Assembly: GCA_020445565.1 (NCBI GenBank)
Contig: JAGRGI010000081.1
Location: 4,412 to 68,411, forward strand
Direction of reading: 5' to 3'
DNA length: 64,000 nucleotides
Origin: Chromatiales bacterium
Lineage (GTDB): Bacteria; Pseudomonadota; Gammaproteobacteria; JAGRCI01
This document shows, piece by piece, positions 39,688 through 50,862 of this stretch. Positions within the stretch are counted from its first letter, which is position 1; each line of letters opens with the position of its first letter. A program made the position numbers and the translations under genes. The notes beneath the pieces were generated by a model, which searched no databases, was not told where the DNA came from, and saw nothing but the letters and a program-made list of their open reading frames with translations.

Positions 39688-41129
39688 AATCTGTACAGGA
39701 CGCCATTCTCGACCCCACCATCGGCTGGACCATCCTCGGATTGTTCAGCCTGCTTTGGATAGCCCTGGGATGGTATTGGGGCCGGCACGCCAAGGAACTG
39801 GACGACTACGTGCTTGCGGGCCGGCGGGTTGGTCTGGCGCTGGGCACAGCCACCGCCATGGCCACCTGGGTAACCAGCAACACCACCATGGCGGCGCCGC
39901 AGCTGGCCCTGCAATTGGGTATCTGGGGGATGTTGGGCTATTCCCTGGGTTCCGTCGGCCTGCTGATGTTCGCCCCCCTGGCCAAGCGTATCCGCCGCCT
40001 GATGCCCAGCGGTTATACCAGCGGTGACTTCATCCGCCTGCGCTACGGCAATACCGCCTGGCGCGTCTTCCTCGGTATCTCCCTGTTCTATTCGCTCGGC
40101 TGGCTGGTGAGCATGGGCATGGCCGGCGGCATACTGATACACGCGCTCACCGGCATCCCTTACCACTTTGGCATGAGTGTCATATTGGCCATTTGTGTCG
40201 GTTACACCCTGCTGGGCGGTTTCCGCGCCGTCATCGGCACCGATTTCATCCAGGCCATCCTGATCCTTACCGGGGTGGTCATCATCGCCGGGCTGGCCAT
40301 CGACCGGGTCGGGTTCGATACCATTCACGGCGCCCTGGAGCAGCAACGGCCGGAACTGCTCAACCTGCTGATGCCCGCGGCGCTGATGTTCCTGTTCAAC
40401 AATCTGCTGTTCGGCGTCGGTGAAATATTTCACTCCAACGTCTGGTGGAGCCGGGCTTTCGCCTTTCGCGAGGGAGTCGGTGCCCGGGCTTACATGCTCG
40501 CCGGCCTGCTCTGGGCACCGATCCCGATCGTCGCGGGATTCATCGCCCTGGCCGTGCCCTCACTTGGCATCAACGTCCCGGCAGCGGACATGGTCGGCCC
40601 CATGGTGGCAGCGGACATTCTCGGCGTAGGCGGAGCCGTGTTGGTCCTGATCATGGTATTCGCGGCCCTGTCATCGAGCCTGGATTCCCTGCTTGCCGCC
40701 ACCAGCATCCTGCTCACCGAAGACATCTACCGACGCCATTTCCGCCCGCAGGCAAGTTCAGCGGAACTGCGCCGCGCGAGCGCCTGGATCATCGTCGGCC
40801 TGGGCGCGCTCACCTGGCTACTGTGCGCCCCACGGGTAACCACCCTGGCGGAGCTGCTCTATTTCACCGGCGCCTTCGTCGCCAGCACCATCTGGCCGAT
40901 TGCCGCAGGGCTGTTCTGGCGCCGGGCCAATCCGCTGGCGGCCGTCGCCGGTATGGTCCTGGGTAGCGCCGCCGGACTATGGAGTTATTTCGCCATTGGA
41001 TTCTACGTTGCCGCACTGGTTGGGGCGGCAGTCTCCATGACCTGTGTACTGCTGGGTGCCTGGCTGGCGCCGGATCGCTTCGAATGGTCCCGGCTCCAGG
41101 AGACACATCCGCAAGGAGAAGTTCCGTGA
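39684..41129 (+). CDS. Sodium:solute symporter family transporter
   Basis: 13-TM SSS architecture; start overlaps the upstream stop. Confidence 0.8.
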   Translation: MKSVQDAILDPTIGWTILGLFSLLWIALGWYWGRHAKELDDYVLAGRRVGLALGTATAMATWVTSNTTMAAPQLALQLGIWGMLGYSLGSVGLLMFAPLAKRIRRLMPSGYTSGDFIRLRYGNTAWRVFLGISLFYSLGWLVSMGMAGGILIHALTGIPYHFGMSVILAICVGYTLLGGFRAVIGTDFIQAILILTGVVIIAGLAIDRVGFDTIHGALEQQRPELLNLLMPAALMFLFNNLLFGVGEIFHSNVWWSRAFAFREGVGARAYMLAGLLWAPIPIVAGFIALAVPSLGINVPAADMVGPMVAADILGVGGAVLVLIMVFAALSSSLDSLLAATSILLTEDIYRRHFRPQASSAELRRASAWIIVGLGALTWLLCAPRVTTLAELLYFTGAFVASTIWPIAAGLFWRRANPLAAVAGMVLGSAAGLWSYFAIGFYVAALVGAAVSMTCVLLGAWLAPDRFEWSRLQETHPQGEVP

Positions 41130-41248
41130 CCGCATCCGTGGGACTGCTCAGCACCCTGGTCGGGGTTGCTCTCGCCCTGACCGTTCTCGCGCCGGTGCTT
41201 CTGCTGGTGCTCCTCTACCGCGACTGGAAGGGAGACCGATTATGGTGA
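41127..41248 (+). CDS. Possible small membrane peptide (40 aa) coupled to the symporter gene
   Basis: GTG at 41127 overlapping the symporter stop; hydrophobic VGLLSTLVGVALALTVLAPVLLLVLL. Weak evidence. Confidence 0.25.
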
Positions 41249-42297
41249 CCCGACTCGACCCCCGGCTTGCCGAACCTCTGGAAAGCCGTCTGAACACAGA
41301 AGGTTTTGAAAGGCCACTGGCCTTGCAGGAGACCATACCGGAGGATTTGGTACCGCTACTCGAATTGGCCCACCGGCCAGTCATCTCAGCCCGTCAGTTC
41401 TCCCGCGAACAACTGATTCAAATTTGCCGCCTGGCATCGCAATATGAAACCCAGCCTGGCCGCAATCGCCGCCCGCTGACCGGCAAGATCCTCATCAGCG
41501 CGTTTTACGAGCCCAGTACGCGCACGCGGCTGTCTTTCGAGAGTGCCTGGCATCGCCTCGGCGGTGACATCATGTCCATTACCGATGCCGCCACCACAGG
41601 CATCGCCAAGGGCGAAAGTCTGTACGATGTGGCAGAGATGCTCAATCATTACGGTGATCTGGTCGTACTGCGCGACAGCAACGGCCAAGCCGTCTACGAG
41701 ATGCTCGATGCCCTGCGCATACCCATCGTCAATGCCGGCAACGGGGTGGATGAACACCCCACTCAAGCCCTGGCGGACATGTATGCCATCTTCAAGTGGC
41801 GGCCACAATTGCTCGATCCGGAGGTATGCGCAAAGGCCCCCATACGCATCGGCGTCATCGGCGTACCGGGCCGCATGCGGACGGTACGCAGTCTCCTGCT
41901 GTTCCTGCGCCTTATAGCCAAAGGCATCAAGGAGGTGGTGCTGATCACCGACGACGAGCAGCCCTTCTCAGAAGGTCAACGGGAGGAACTGGAAAAGGCC
42001 GGGCTGTCACTGCGCGCTGCGACAGACCTGGACGCGGAGCTGCCGAACCTGGACGTGGTGTACATCAACGCCATCGCCTGGGTGGGTGACTCCTTCGAGT
42101 CCCACGGCAGTCGCTACCGCCTGAGCAAAGCATCTCCCTTCAAGCCCGGCGCCATTGTACTGCACCCTCTGGCGCGAGGCCCTGAGCTGGCGACCGACCT
42201 GGATGATACGCCCCACAACTGGTACTTCGCCCAGGCGCGCGGGGCGGTCTACATCCGCATGGCCCTGTTGTCCTGCATTCTGAAAACCTACGCCTGA
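41242..42297 (+). CDS. Aspartate/ornithine carbamoyltransferase-family protein with atypical substrate motifs
   Basis: STRTR and HPTQ carbamoyl-phosphate motifs are present, but HPLARG replaces HPLP/HCLP and there is no canonical Asp- or Orn-binding motif. Confidence 0.65.
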   Translation: MVTRLDPRLAEPLESRLNTEGFERPLALQETIPEDLVPLLELAHRPVISARQFSREQLIQICRLASQYETQPGRNRRPLTGKILISAFYEPSTRTRLSFESAWHRLGGDIMSITDAATTGIAKGESLYDVAEMLNHYGDLVVLRDSNGQAVYEMLDALRIPIVNAGNGVDEHPTQALADMYAIFKWRPQLLDPEVCAKAPIRIGVIGVPGRMRTVRSLLLFLRLIAKGIKEVVLITDDEQPFSEGQREELEKAGLSLRAATDLDAELPNLDVVYINAIAWVGDSFESHGSRYRLSKASPFKPGAIVLHPLARGPELATDLDDTPHNWYFAQARGAVYIRMALLSCILKTYA

Positions 42298-42368
42298 AGG
42301 CGTTTGCCCCGCTTGCAGCGGGGCATTCCCCCACGCACCCAGCCCAACGAGCATCCCAGGAGTTCCCC

Positions 42369-44375
42369 ATGTGCGGCATCGCAGGATATATCTACGCCGA
42401 CCGTGAACGTCCCATCGACCCGGAAACCCTGGTGGCCATGGCCGCCATCCAATATCACCGGGGCCCCGACGGTTTCGGCTGGCGGGCCATGGAGGGTGTC
42501 GGATTCAGTCATGCCCGCCTGTCCATCATCGACCTGAACCAAAACCGAGGCCGCCAACCCTTCGAGTCCGCCGACGGCAAACTGATGCTCACCAAGAACG
42601 GCGAACTCTATGACTACCAACGCATTCGCGCGGAACTAACGGCCGATGGCGCCCGTTTCCTGACCAAGAGCGATTCGGAGATCGTACTGCACCTGTACCC
42701 GCGCCTGGGTCTGGACAGCACCCTCCCCCACTTGCGCGGTGAGTTCGCCTTCGCCCTCTACGACCGGGAAGACGAGCGCCTGATGCTGGTTCGCGACCGC
42801 TTCGGCATCAAGCCGCTGTATTGGACCGAGATCGGCGGCGGCCTGGTATTCGGATCGGAGCTGAAGGTCCTGTTCGCCCATCCAGAGGTATCGCGCAAGT
42901 TCGACCCGGCCGGGGTCTACCACCAGCTCATGCAGACCATGGTGCCGGGCAGCACCGCCTTCGCCGGTGTACACCAGGTCCGACCGGGACACCTGCTGGA
43001 TATCAAACGTCGCAACGGCAGGTTGCAGATCACCGAACGAAAATACTGGGATATGGACTTCCCGCTGGAATCCGAACGCGAGCCGGTGGGCAAGGAGTCT
43101 CGCTGGATCGAACAGACCCGCGACGGCCTGCTGCGTGCCGTCCAGCTACGCCTGGAAGCGGACGTGCCGGTGGGCTGCTACCTCTCGGGCGGCATCGACT
43201 CCTGCTCCATTCTCGGTCTCGCGGCGGCCAGCAGTCAGTCATCCATCAAGGCCTTCACCATCGGTTTTGACTCGGACGCCTACGACGAATCCCCCATCGC
43301 CACCGAGATGGCCCAGGCCGCCGGCGCCGACCAGGACATCATGCGGCTGTCCAGCGATCACCTCTATGACAACTTTGTAGAGACCCTGTGGCACACCGAG
43401 CGAACCATCTACAACACCCTGGGCGTGGCCAAGCTGCTGATGAGTCGGCATGTACGCGACGTCAACTACAAGGTGGTGCTCACCGGCGAGGGCTCGGACG
43501 AATTGTTCGGCGGGTATCCGGCCTTCCGGCGTGACCTGTTCTTACATGGCCTGGACCACCTCGCGCCCGAGGAGCGACTCGAATGGGAGGCCATGCTGGC
43601 TGAACAGAACAAGCTGTTCAAGGGCGCCATGCTCGCCGAGGACGAGATCACCAACCCGGAACTGGACGCCCGTGTTGGATTTACCCCCAGTTGCCTGCAA
43701 CCCTGGCTGGCCTCAGCCGAACGCGTTCCAGAGCTGCTCAATCGCGACATGGCCGCCGGACTACGGGACTACGACCCTGGAGCCGCCATCGCCGCTGAAC
43801 TGGAAACCGATATGCTGAAGAACCGCCACCCCCTGGACAAGGCCCAATATGTGTGGATAAAGACCATGCTGGAAGGGCAGATCCTCACCTGGGGCGGTGA
43901 CCGGGTCGACATGGCCAATTCCATGGAGGCACGGCCACCTTTCCTTGACCACCACCTGGCGGAATTCGCCACCACCCTGCCACCCTCCATGCGTATCAAG
44001 GGCCGAACGGAGAAATACGTACTGCGTGAGGCCATGAAAGGGCTGCTGCCCGAGACGCTCTACAAGCGTCAGAAATTCGCCTTCATGGCGCCGCCGGCCC
44101 ACACCGACCCAAAGAAATGGCAGGCCGTACAAGCCTTGGCCGACGCCTATCTATCGGATCAACGCATCGCCGACAGTGGTTTGCTTGATGCCACCGGCGT
44201 GAAAAACCTGTTCGCCATGCACGAATCCCCGGACGCCACCGCCGCCACGCAAAACAAGCTGGACGCCGTCATCAATCACATGCTCGGGGTACAGATTCTG
44301 CACGAACACTTCATTGCAGCCGACGTTCCCAAACTGGCACGCCAGCGCGCGGAACAACTGGGCTGGCGTCCCTGA
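42369..44375 (+). CDS. Asparagine synthetase (glutamine-hydrolysing), long AsnB-like form
   Basis: N-terminal MCGIAGY (Ntn amidotransferase) and SGGIDS PP-loop; 668 aa. Confidence 0.8.
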   Translation: MCGIAGYIYADRERPIDPETLVAMAAIQYHRGPDGFGWRAMEGVGFSHARLSIIDLNQNRGRQPFESADGKLMLTKNGELYDYQRIRAELTADGARFLTKSDSEIVLHLYPRLGLDSTLPHLRGEFAFALYDREDERLMLVRDRFGIKPLYWTEIGGGLVFGSELKVLFAHPEVSRKFDPAGVYHQLMQTMVPGSTAFAGVHQVRPGHLLDIKRRNGRLQITERKYWDMDFPLESEREPVGKESRWIEQTRDGLLRAVQLRLEADVPVGCYLSGGIDSCSILGLAAASSQSSIKAFTIGFDSDAYDESPIATEMAQAAGADQDIMRLSSDHLYDNFVETLWHTERTIYNTLGVAKLLMSRHVRDVNYKVVLTGEGSDELFGGYPAFRRDLFLHGLDHLAPEERLEWEAMLAEQNKLFKGAMLAEDEITNPELDARVGFTPSCLQPWLASAERVPELLNRDMAAGLRDYDPGAAIAAELETDMLKNRHPLDKAQYVWIKTMLEGQILTWGGDRVDMANSMEARPPFLDHHLAEFATTLPPSMRIKGRTEKYVLREAMKGLLPETLYKRQKFAFMAPPAHTDPKKWQAVQALADAYLSDQRIADSGLLDATGVKNLFAMHESPDATAATQNKLDAVINHMLGVQILHEHFIAADVPKLARQRAEQLGWRP

Positions 44376-44670
44376 AACAGTAGGTCAGGAGCCCGTCCAC
44401 CATTATCAGGCGCCCCTCATCAAACAGACAGCAACCAACTGTTTCTTAATAAAAAATACTCACAATCTGTCACGTACCACCAAAGTAAGCGGTGGACCGG
44501 GTGTTTGCGGAGGGAATGTCTGCGCCAAGGAAGGCGTAGTCAAGCCATAGGGACGTATTCATGCGTTTCCCGGAGCAAACACCTGGCCCGCCGCGGAACT
44601 GTGGCAGTGAACCAGAGACTTGCGCATTTCCTGAGCTTTCCGGCGCCTGTACTCGCCAAAGCGGGGTTTC

Positions 44671-45714
44671 CTAGACTTCGAGCAGCCGTAACATCTTCTC
44701 CCGATTGGGGCGTTCAACCACGCCCTTCTCGGTGACGATGGCGTCCACGAGCTCGGCCGGGGTCACATCGAAAACGGGGTTCCAGGCGTCAGCTCCCACC
44801 GCCCCGACACGCTGCCCGCCGAGGGAGAGAATCTCATCGGGATCGCGCGTCTCGATGGGTATGCCGGCACCGGATGGCATGTCAGGATCGACCGTGGAGA
44901 TCGGCGCCGCGACCATGAACTTCACGCCATGGTGGCGCGCCAACACGGCGGTACTGTAGGTGCCGATCTTGTTGGCCACATCACCATTGGCGGCGATTCG
45001 GTCAGACCCGACGATGACCCAATCCACCTTTCCCTGCGCCATCAACCAGGCGGCCGCGCCGTCAGCCTGCACCCTGACGGGAATCCGGTCCTTCACCAGC
45101 TCCCAGGCCGTGAGTCGCGAACCCTGCAACCAGGGGCGGGTCTCATCGGCGTACACCTCCTTGAGCTTCCCCGCCGACCAGGCACTGCGGATCACACCCA
45201 GAGCGGTGCCATAGCCCCCCGTGGCCAGCGAGCCGGTATTGCAATGGGTAAGTACCGAACTACCCGATTCGATAAGCGCGGCACCCAACTCGCCCATGCG
45301 ACGATTGGCGGCGATGTCTTCGTCATGAATCGCCTGGGCCTCGGCTAATAGCGTGGGAAACGGGTCGCCATCCAGGTCGGCAAGCCTGCGCCGCATCCGA
45401 TCCAAGGCCCAAAACAGATTCACTGCCGTGGGCCGCGATTGCGCCAGACGCTCAAAATCCACCTCCAACGCCTGCCGCCAATCGCCGGGAGAATCGGCGA
45501 AACGCTGACGAGCCGCCAACACCACGCCAAAGGCCGCGGTTATTCCAATCGCCGGCGCACCGCGAACCACCATAGCCCGAATCGCCTCGGCGGTGGCGCC
45601 CGCCTCCTCCAGACGCAGCCAGATTTCCTCCGCCGGCAGCTTGCGCTGATCCAATAGCTCCAGCCCACCGTCACGCCAGCGAACCGCCCGAATGGTGTCA
45701 TGTGTTAACGTCAT
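44671..45714 (-). CDS. mtnA: S-methyl-5-thioribose-1-phosphate isomerase
   Basis: eIF-2B/MtnA family signature ([23 protein letters not shown]). Confidence 0.85.
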   Translation of the reverse strand: MTLTHDTIRAVRWRDGGLELLDQRKLPAEEIWLRLEEAGATAEAIRAMVVRGAPAIGITAAFGVVLAARQRFADSPGDWRQALEVDFERLAQSRPTAVNLFWALDRMRRRLADLDGDPFPTLLAEAQAIHDEDIAANRRMGELGAALIESGSSVLTHCNTGSLATGGYGTALGVIRSAWSAGKLKEVYADETRPWLQGSRLTAWELVKDRIPVRVQADGAAAWLMAQGKVDWVIVGSDRIAANGDVANKIGTYSTAVLARHHGVKFMVAAPISTVDPDMPSGAGIPIETRDPDEILSLGGQRVGAVGADAWNPVFDVTPAELVDAIVTEKGVVERPNREKMLRLLEV

Positions 45715-45784
45715 ACTTGCCCAATCATTGATTCAGTCACGTAAAATAACCGCTCAGTCATCGCACGGCCAAGGAACATGCCCT

Positions 45785-47101
45785 TTGGACACCCTGCTGC
45801 ATCCCCGCTGGATCGTCACCGTCGACGCCCAAGACCGCATACTTGGCGATCATAGCCTGTTGATACGCAAGGGGCGCATTGCGGATATCCAACCAACCTC
45901 CGCGCTGCGCGGCAAGCTCGCCGGCGTGAAGGAAATGGATCTTCCTCAGCATGCCCTGCTCCCTGGGCTGATCAATGCCCATACCCACGCCGCCATGACG
46001 CTGCTGCGCGGCCTGGCCGATGATCTGCCGCTGATGGAATGGCTCAATGAGCACATCTGGCCGGCGGAACGCCGGTGGGTCAACGCCGATTTCGTTCGCG
46101 ATGGCACCCGCCACGCCGTGGCGGAGATGGTACGGGGTGGGATCACCTGCTTCAACGATATGTATTTCTTCCCCGATATCACCGGCCACACCGCTGCCGA
46201 GGCGGGCATGCGTGCCGTGGTCGGCCTGATCGTCATCGACTTCCCCTCCGCCTGGGCCGCCGGGCCGGACGAATACCTGGAAAAGGGCCTGAAGGTACAC
46301 GAGACGTTTCGCGGACATCACCTGATCCGCACCGCCTTTGCACCGCACGCCCCCTACACCGTTTCCGATGGTCCGCTGAGCCGTATCCGCACCCTCTCCG
46401 ACGAGCTGGAGATCCCGGTACACATCCATGTCCACGAGACCGATGACGAGATCCGCGACGGGCTCGACCGGCACAACAGGCGCCCCATGGAACGCCTGGA
46501 CGGCCTGGGCCTGCTGTCGCCGTCGCTGCTGGGTGTGCACATGACACACCTCACCGACGAGGAGATCGAACGCTATGCCGACAGCGGCGCCCACACGGTG
46601 CACTGCCCGGAATCCAACCTCAAACTGGCCAGCGGCTTCTGCCCGGTACAGCGACTGCTGGACATCGGCGTGAACGTGGCCCTGGGCACCGACGGTGCCA
46701 GCAGCAACAATGATCTGGACTTGTTCGCCGAGATGCGCACCGCCGCTCTCCTGGCCAAGGCGGTTGCAGGCAATGCCGCGGCCCTGCCGGCCAAACAGGC
46801 ACTGCGCATGGCCACCATCAACGGCGCCAAAGCCCTGGGGTTGGATCAGGAGCTCGGCTCCCTGGAAACCGACAAATCGGCGGACCTGATCGCTGTAGAC
46901 CTGGGCGGTATCGAGACGCAGCCCCTCTATCATCCCGAATCGCAACTGGTCTATGCGGGTGGCCGTGACCAGGTACGGCACGTCTGGGTGGCGGGGAAAC
47001 CGCTGCTGCATGATGGACGCCTCACTACCCTGGACGAAGCAGAGGTCATCGCTGCCAGCGGCCAGTGGGCCGAACGTATTGCCGGTACGAAAACGAATTA
47101 G
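45785..47101 (+). CDS. mtaD: Amidohydrolase of the MTA/SAH deaminase (MtaD/TRZ-ATZ) family
   Basis: Metal-binding HTHAAMT...HVHE...GTDGASSNNDLD. The tracker start at 45692 would overlap mtnA, so I chose the in-frame TTG at 45785; the start is uncertain. Confidence 0.7.
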   Translation: MDTLLHPRWIVTVDAQDRILGDHSLLIRKGRIADIQPTSALRGKLAGVKEMDLPQHALLPGLINAHTHAAMTLLRGLADDLPLMEWLNEHIWPAERRWVNADFVRDGTRHAVAEMVRGGITCFNDMYFFPDITGHTAAEAGMRAVVGLIVIDFPSAWAAGPDEYLEKGLKVHETFRGHHLIRTAFAPHAPYTVSDGPLSRIRTLSDELEIPVHIHVHETDDEIRDGLDRHNRRPMERLDGLGLLSPSLLGVHMTHLTDEEIERYADSGAHTVHCPESNLKLASGFCPVQRLLDIGVNVALGTDGASSNNDLDLFAEMRTAALLAKAVAGNAAALPAKQALRMATINGAKALGLDQELGSLETDKSADLIAVDLGGIETQPLYHPESQLVYAGGRDQVRHVWVAGKPLLHDGRLTTLDEAEVIAASGQWAERIAGTKTN

Positions 47102-47110
47102 GACACGCCA

Positions 47111-47818
47111 ATGCAATCCCAAGCCAATGTCGATGAACGCGAAATCGCCAAGTTCGAAGAACTCGCCAGCCGCTGGTGGGACGCCAGCAGCGAGTTCAAA
47201 CCGCTGCACGACATCAACCCGCTACGCCTGGATTTCATCGACCGCCACGCCGGTCTGGCCGGCAAAACGGTGGTGGACGTGGGCTGTGGTGGTGGCATCC
47301 TTTCCGAAGGCATGGCCAGCCGCGGCGCCAGCGTCACCGGCATCGACATGGGTGAGGCTCCGCTGGCCGTGGCACGGCTGCACCTATTGGAATCCGGCGA
47401 ATCGGTGGACTATCGCCGGATCACGGCGGAACACTTGGCCGAGGAAATGCCCCACGCCTTCGACGTAGTGACCTGCATGGAGATGCTGGAGCATGTCCCC
47501 GACCCCGCTTCGGTGGTTGCCGCCTGCCGACAGCTGGTCAAACCCGGCGGCAAGGTGTTTTTCTCCACCATCAACCGCAATCCCAAGTCCTTCCTGTTTG
47601 CCATCGTCGGCGCTGAATACGTACTCGGCCTGCTGCCCAAGGGCACCCACGAGTACGCCAAGTTCATCCGACCCTCCGAACTCGATCTATGGGCCAGAAA
47701 CGCCGGACTGGATCTGCGCGAGATCACCGGCATGAGCTACAACCTCCTCACCCGCCACTACGCACTCGGCGCCGCCGTCGACGTGAACTACCTGGCCTGC
47801 TACGAGGCAGACGATTGA
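47111..47818 (+). CDS. ubiG: Bifunctional 3-demethylubiquinol 3-O-methyltransferase / 2-polyprenyl-6-hydroxyphenol methylase
   Basis: [16 protein letters not shown] motif; UbiG length and N-terminus. Confidence 0.85.
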   Translation: MQSQANVDEREIAKFEELASRWWDASSEFKPLHDINPLRLDFIDRHAGLAGKTVVDVGCGGGILSEGMASRGASVTGIDMGEAPLAVARLHLLESGESVDYRRITAEHLAEEMPHAFDVVTCMEMLEHVPDPASVVAACRQLVKPGGKVFFSTINRNPKSFLFAIVGAEYVLGLLPKGTHEYAKFIRPSELDLWARNAGLDLREITGMSYNLLTRHYALGAAVDVNYLACYEADD

Positions 47819-48501
47819 CCGCCATCCGCACGGTACTGTTCGACCTGGACGGTACTTTTGCCGACACCGCCCGCGACCTGGCCCGCTGCCTCAACCTGCT
47901 GCTGCGGGAGGAAGGTCGCGAGGCCCTGCCTTTTGCCGACATTCGTCCCCAGGTCTCCCACGGCGCCACCGCCCTGGTCCACCTGGGTTTCGGTGTCGAC
48001 GCGAACCATCCCGATCACGAACCGCTGCGCCAACGTCTGCTCACGTTGTACGACAGCAACCTGGCGGTGGACACGGTGATCTTCGACGGCATCGAGTCAT
48101 TGCTGCAAGATCTCACCAAGCGCGGTATGAACTGGGGCATCGTCACCAACAAACCCAGCCGCTTCACCGACCCTTTGATGCGTGCCCTGGGCTATGCCGA
48201 CCGCGCCTGCTGCATCGTCAGCGCCGACACCACCGCCAACAAAAAACCCCACCCCGAACCCATGCTCTACGCCGCCGCAAAGGCCGGCAGTCGGCCGGAA
48301 CAATGCGTGTACGTGGGCGACGCCCAGCGCGACATTGAAGCGGGACGCAACGCGGGAATGGCAACGCTGGGCGCGCTGTTCGGCTATCTGGGCCAGGAAG
48401 ACGACCCTGTCGCCTGGGGAGCCGATGGCCTGATCGAGAAACCGGCGGGGGTCCTCACCTGGATCGAGACCGGGCAGACAGGGCTCGCACCAGGCTTGTG
48501 A
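47815..48501 (+). CDS. gph: Phosphoglycolate phosphatase (HAD hydrolase)
   Basis: FDLDGT motif I, TNKP motif II, GD..D motif III. The in-frame TTG start overlaps the ubiG stop. Confidence 0.7.
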   Translation: MTAIRTVLFDLDGTFADTARDLARCLNLLLREEGREALPFADIRPQVSHGATALVHLGFGVDANHPDHEPLRQRLLTLYDSNLAVDTVIFDGIESLLQDLTKRGMNWGIVTNKPSRFTDPLMRALGYADRACCIVSADTTANKKPHPEPMLYAAAKAGSRPEQCVYVGDAQRDIEAGRNAGMATLGALFGYLGQEDDPVAWGADGLIEKPAGVLTWIETGQTGLAPGL

Positions 48502-48541
48502 TATAGTCCAGGCACAGCATGATTCACCAAACGAAATCAAC

Positions 48542-49153
48542 ATGAGCGTTCCGCTGTCAGCTATCGTCCCGCCACAGCCGACCGAAATCGACCAACGCGT
48601 CTTACTGCACGGCGTCAGTTGGGAAGACTACGAAGCCATTCTCGCCATTCGAGGCGAAGCCCTCGTCCCGCGGATGACTTACCTTGAAGGAGAATTGGAA
48701 CTGATGTCACCTTCAGTGGATCACGAAGGGCTCAAGAAAAGGCTAGCTCGACTGATTGAAGCCTTTGCGGAAGAGCGCGGCATCACATTGGAAGGATTCG
48801 GCTCTTGGACCGTTCGCTCCAAGCCCAAGAGGCGCGGCGCCGAAGCGGACGAATGCTATATTCTGGGCGTCCCCGAATCCGAACCGATTCGCCCGGACAT
48901 CGCCATTGAAGTCGTCTGGACCTCGGGCGGACTGAGCAAATTGGAAGTGTATCGGGGCTTGGCCGTGCCTGAAGTATGGATCTGGCAAGACAGTACGCTT
49001 AGCTTTCATATTCTCACTGCGGGCGACTACGCTTCCAAACCGCACAGCGATTTACTGCCAAACCTCGACCCCGAGCTGCTCACCCGCTGCATGGCAGCCC
49101 CCAGTCAGACCCAGGCCGTCATGGACCTTCGGCGGGCACTTCAAATGTCGTAA
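48542..49153 (+). CDS. Uma2-family (DUF820, PD-(D/E)XK-like) endonuclease
   Basis: Length and conserved central region (PDIAIEVV..S) typical of Uma2. Confidence 0.6.
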   Translation: MSVPLSAIVPPQPTEIDQRVLLHGVSWEDYEAILAIRGEALVPRMTYLEGELELMSPSVDHEGLKKRLARLIEAFAEERGITLEGFGSWTVRSKPKRRGAEADECYILGVPESEPIRPDIAIEVVWTSGGLSKLEVYRGLAVPEVWIWQDSTLSFHILTAGDYASKPHSDLLPNLDPELLTRCMAAPSQTQAVMDLRRALQMS

Positions 49154-49180
49154 TTCGGAACCTCAAACTCAACTCTCAAA

Positions 49181-50791
49181 TTGAACCTCGCAGGCCTGGA
49201 CAATCCCCGCCCACAGCCCAATTGGCGGGGTCTGTGGCTACTCAACCTGTATCGCCTGGCATTGGGCACCATCTGGCTCCTGCTACCCCTGCTGGGTTGG
49301 GGACAAGACCTGCTCGGCTCGACTCGCCCCACCCTGTTCTACTGGACCTTGATGTCCTATCTGGGCTTAGGCGTACTATCCATCCTGACGATTCGTGCCC
49401 GTATTCCCGCTTATGAAATCCAAGTGGTTGGCCAGGTTCTGGCCGATATCGGCCTGATAACCGTATTGCTGCATTCGAGCGGGGGCGCAACCACAGGCTT
49501 GGGTACATTGCTGGTAGTCGCCGTAGCCGAGGGCGCACTACTCAGCGCCGGGCGCATGGCACTACTTTTCGCCGCCTTTGCCAGTTTGGGCGCCTTGGCG
49601 GAACCCGTATTGCGGCAATTGATCGAAGGCAACAGCACGGCTGCATCGTACACGCAGGCCGGCCTGCTTGGTGCCGCCTGTTTCGCCACCGCGTTGCTGG
49701 CGCAAACCTTGGCCCGGCGCATGCGCGAAAGCGCGGAGCTGGCCGCTCGGCGCGGATTGGATCTGGCTAATCTCACAGAACTGAACCAGTTCATCGTGCA
49801 GCAACTGCGCGCGGGCATCATTGCTGTCGACAACGATTGCAAAGTACGCCTGATGAACAACGCCGCCAAGGCAATGCTCGGCCTACGGGACTACCTCGAA
49901 GAGACACCACTGGAGGCCCTCTCAACGAATCTGGCGACGTACCTGCAATCGCGCCGTGGGCTGCAAAAAGTCCAGCCTGCTTCTCTACGCCTGACAAACG
50001 AAGGCCCTGAACTGCTGGTCCGGCTTCGGCGGTTGGGCGAGTCTCCCAACGCCGGCACCCTAATTATGCTGGAGGACGCAGGCGAACTGTCTGCCCAGGT
50101 GCAGCGACAAAAACTCGCCTCATTGGGACAACTGACCGCCAGCATCGCTCACGAAATCCGCAACCCGCTAGGCGCCATCAGTCATGCCGCCCAACTGTTG
50201 CTGGAAGCACCCGGCACTCCCCCCGAGCTCGAAAGGCTTCCCGGTATCATTCACAAGCAATCCGCACGCGTTAACAAGGTGGTGGAAACGATCCTGCAAT
50301 TGGCACGACGTGAAGCTTCCCGCCCGGTGGAGCTGGCCTTGGGGCCATGGTTAAACGCCTTTCTGGAAGACTACCGCATCATCCACAACCTTAAGGCTGA
50401 ACAAACCCCCTTGGTGACGGATACCGAATGTACGGTTTGCCTGGACCCTCAACACCTGCGTCAGATCCTCACCAACCTCTGTGACAATGCGCTGATTCAC
50501 GCCCCGCCGACGCACGGTGAGATTCGATTTGAGATGCACATCCATCGGGAGCACCCTGATGCCGAATGCCGTCTGGAAATCATTGACCACGGCCCCGGAG
50601 TTCGACAAGAACATGCCACTCGACTGTTTGAGCCGTTTTTCACGTCGCGCACAACTGGGACAGGGCTGGGACTATATCTCGCCAGGGAACTGAGCGAACT
50701 GAACAATGCGAGCCTGGAATACCTTAGCCGGGAACAAGGAGGCAGCTGCTTTCGCCTTACTTTCCTCCAAACTCGAACAGATCGTATCTGA
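49181..50791 (+). CDS. pilS: Sensor histidine kinase PilS-like (6-TM N-terminus, PAS, HisKA, HATPase)
   Basis: Membrane N-terminus, H-box LTASIAHEIRNPL, G-boxes; immediately upstream of pilR. Confidence 0.7.
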   Translation: MNLAGLDNPRPQPNWRGLWLLNLYRLALGTIWLLLPLLGWGQDLLGSTRPTLFYWTLMSYLGLGVLSILTIRARIPAYEIQVVGQVLADIGLITVLLHSSGGATTGLGTLLVVAVAEGALLSAGRMALLFAAFASLGALAEPVLRQLIEGNSTAASYTQAGLLGAACFATALLAQTLARRMRESAELAARRGLDLANLTELNQFIVQQLRAGIIAVDNDCKVRLMNNAAKAMLGLRDYLEETPLEALSTNLATYLQSRRGLQKVQPASLRLTNEGPELLVRLRRLGESPNAGTLIMLEDAGELSAQVQRQKLASLGQLTASIAHEIRNPLGAISHAAQLLLEAPGTPPELERLPGIIHKQSARVNKVVETILQLARREASRPVELALGPWLNAFLEDYRIIHNLKAEQTPLVTDTECTVCLDPQHLRQILTNLCDNALIHAPPTHGEIRFEMHIHREHPDAECRLEIIDHGPGVRQEHATRLFEPFFTSRTTGTGLGLYLARELSELNNASLEYLSREQGGSCFRLTFLQTRTDRI

Positions 50792-50862
50792 AACGAGAAA
50801 AACTCCCCATCAAGGCCCATACTGTTAGGATAGTTAGACCCCCCCTTCCCTGCAATATTCAA

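Noticed and set aside
45758-47209. 483-aa minus-strand ORF
   Set aside because: Antisense to the mtaD-like amidohydrolase, whose metal-binding motifs identify the true coding strand.
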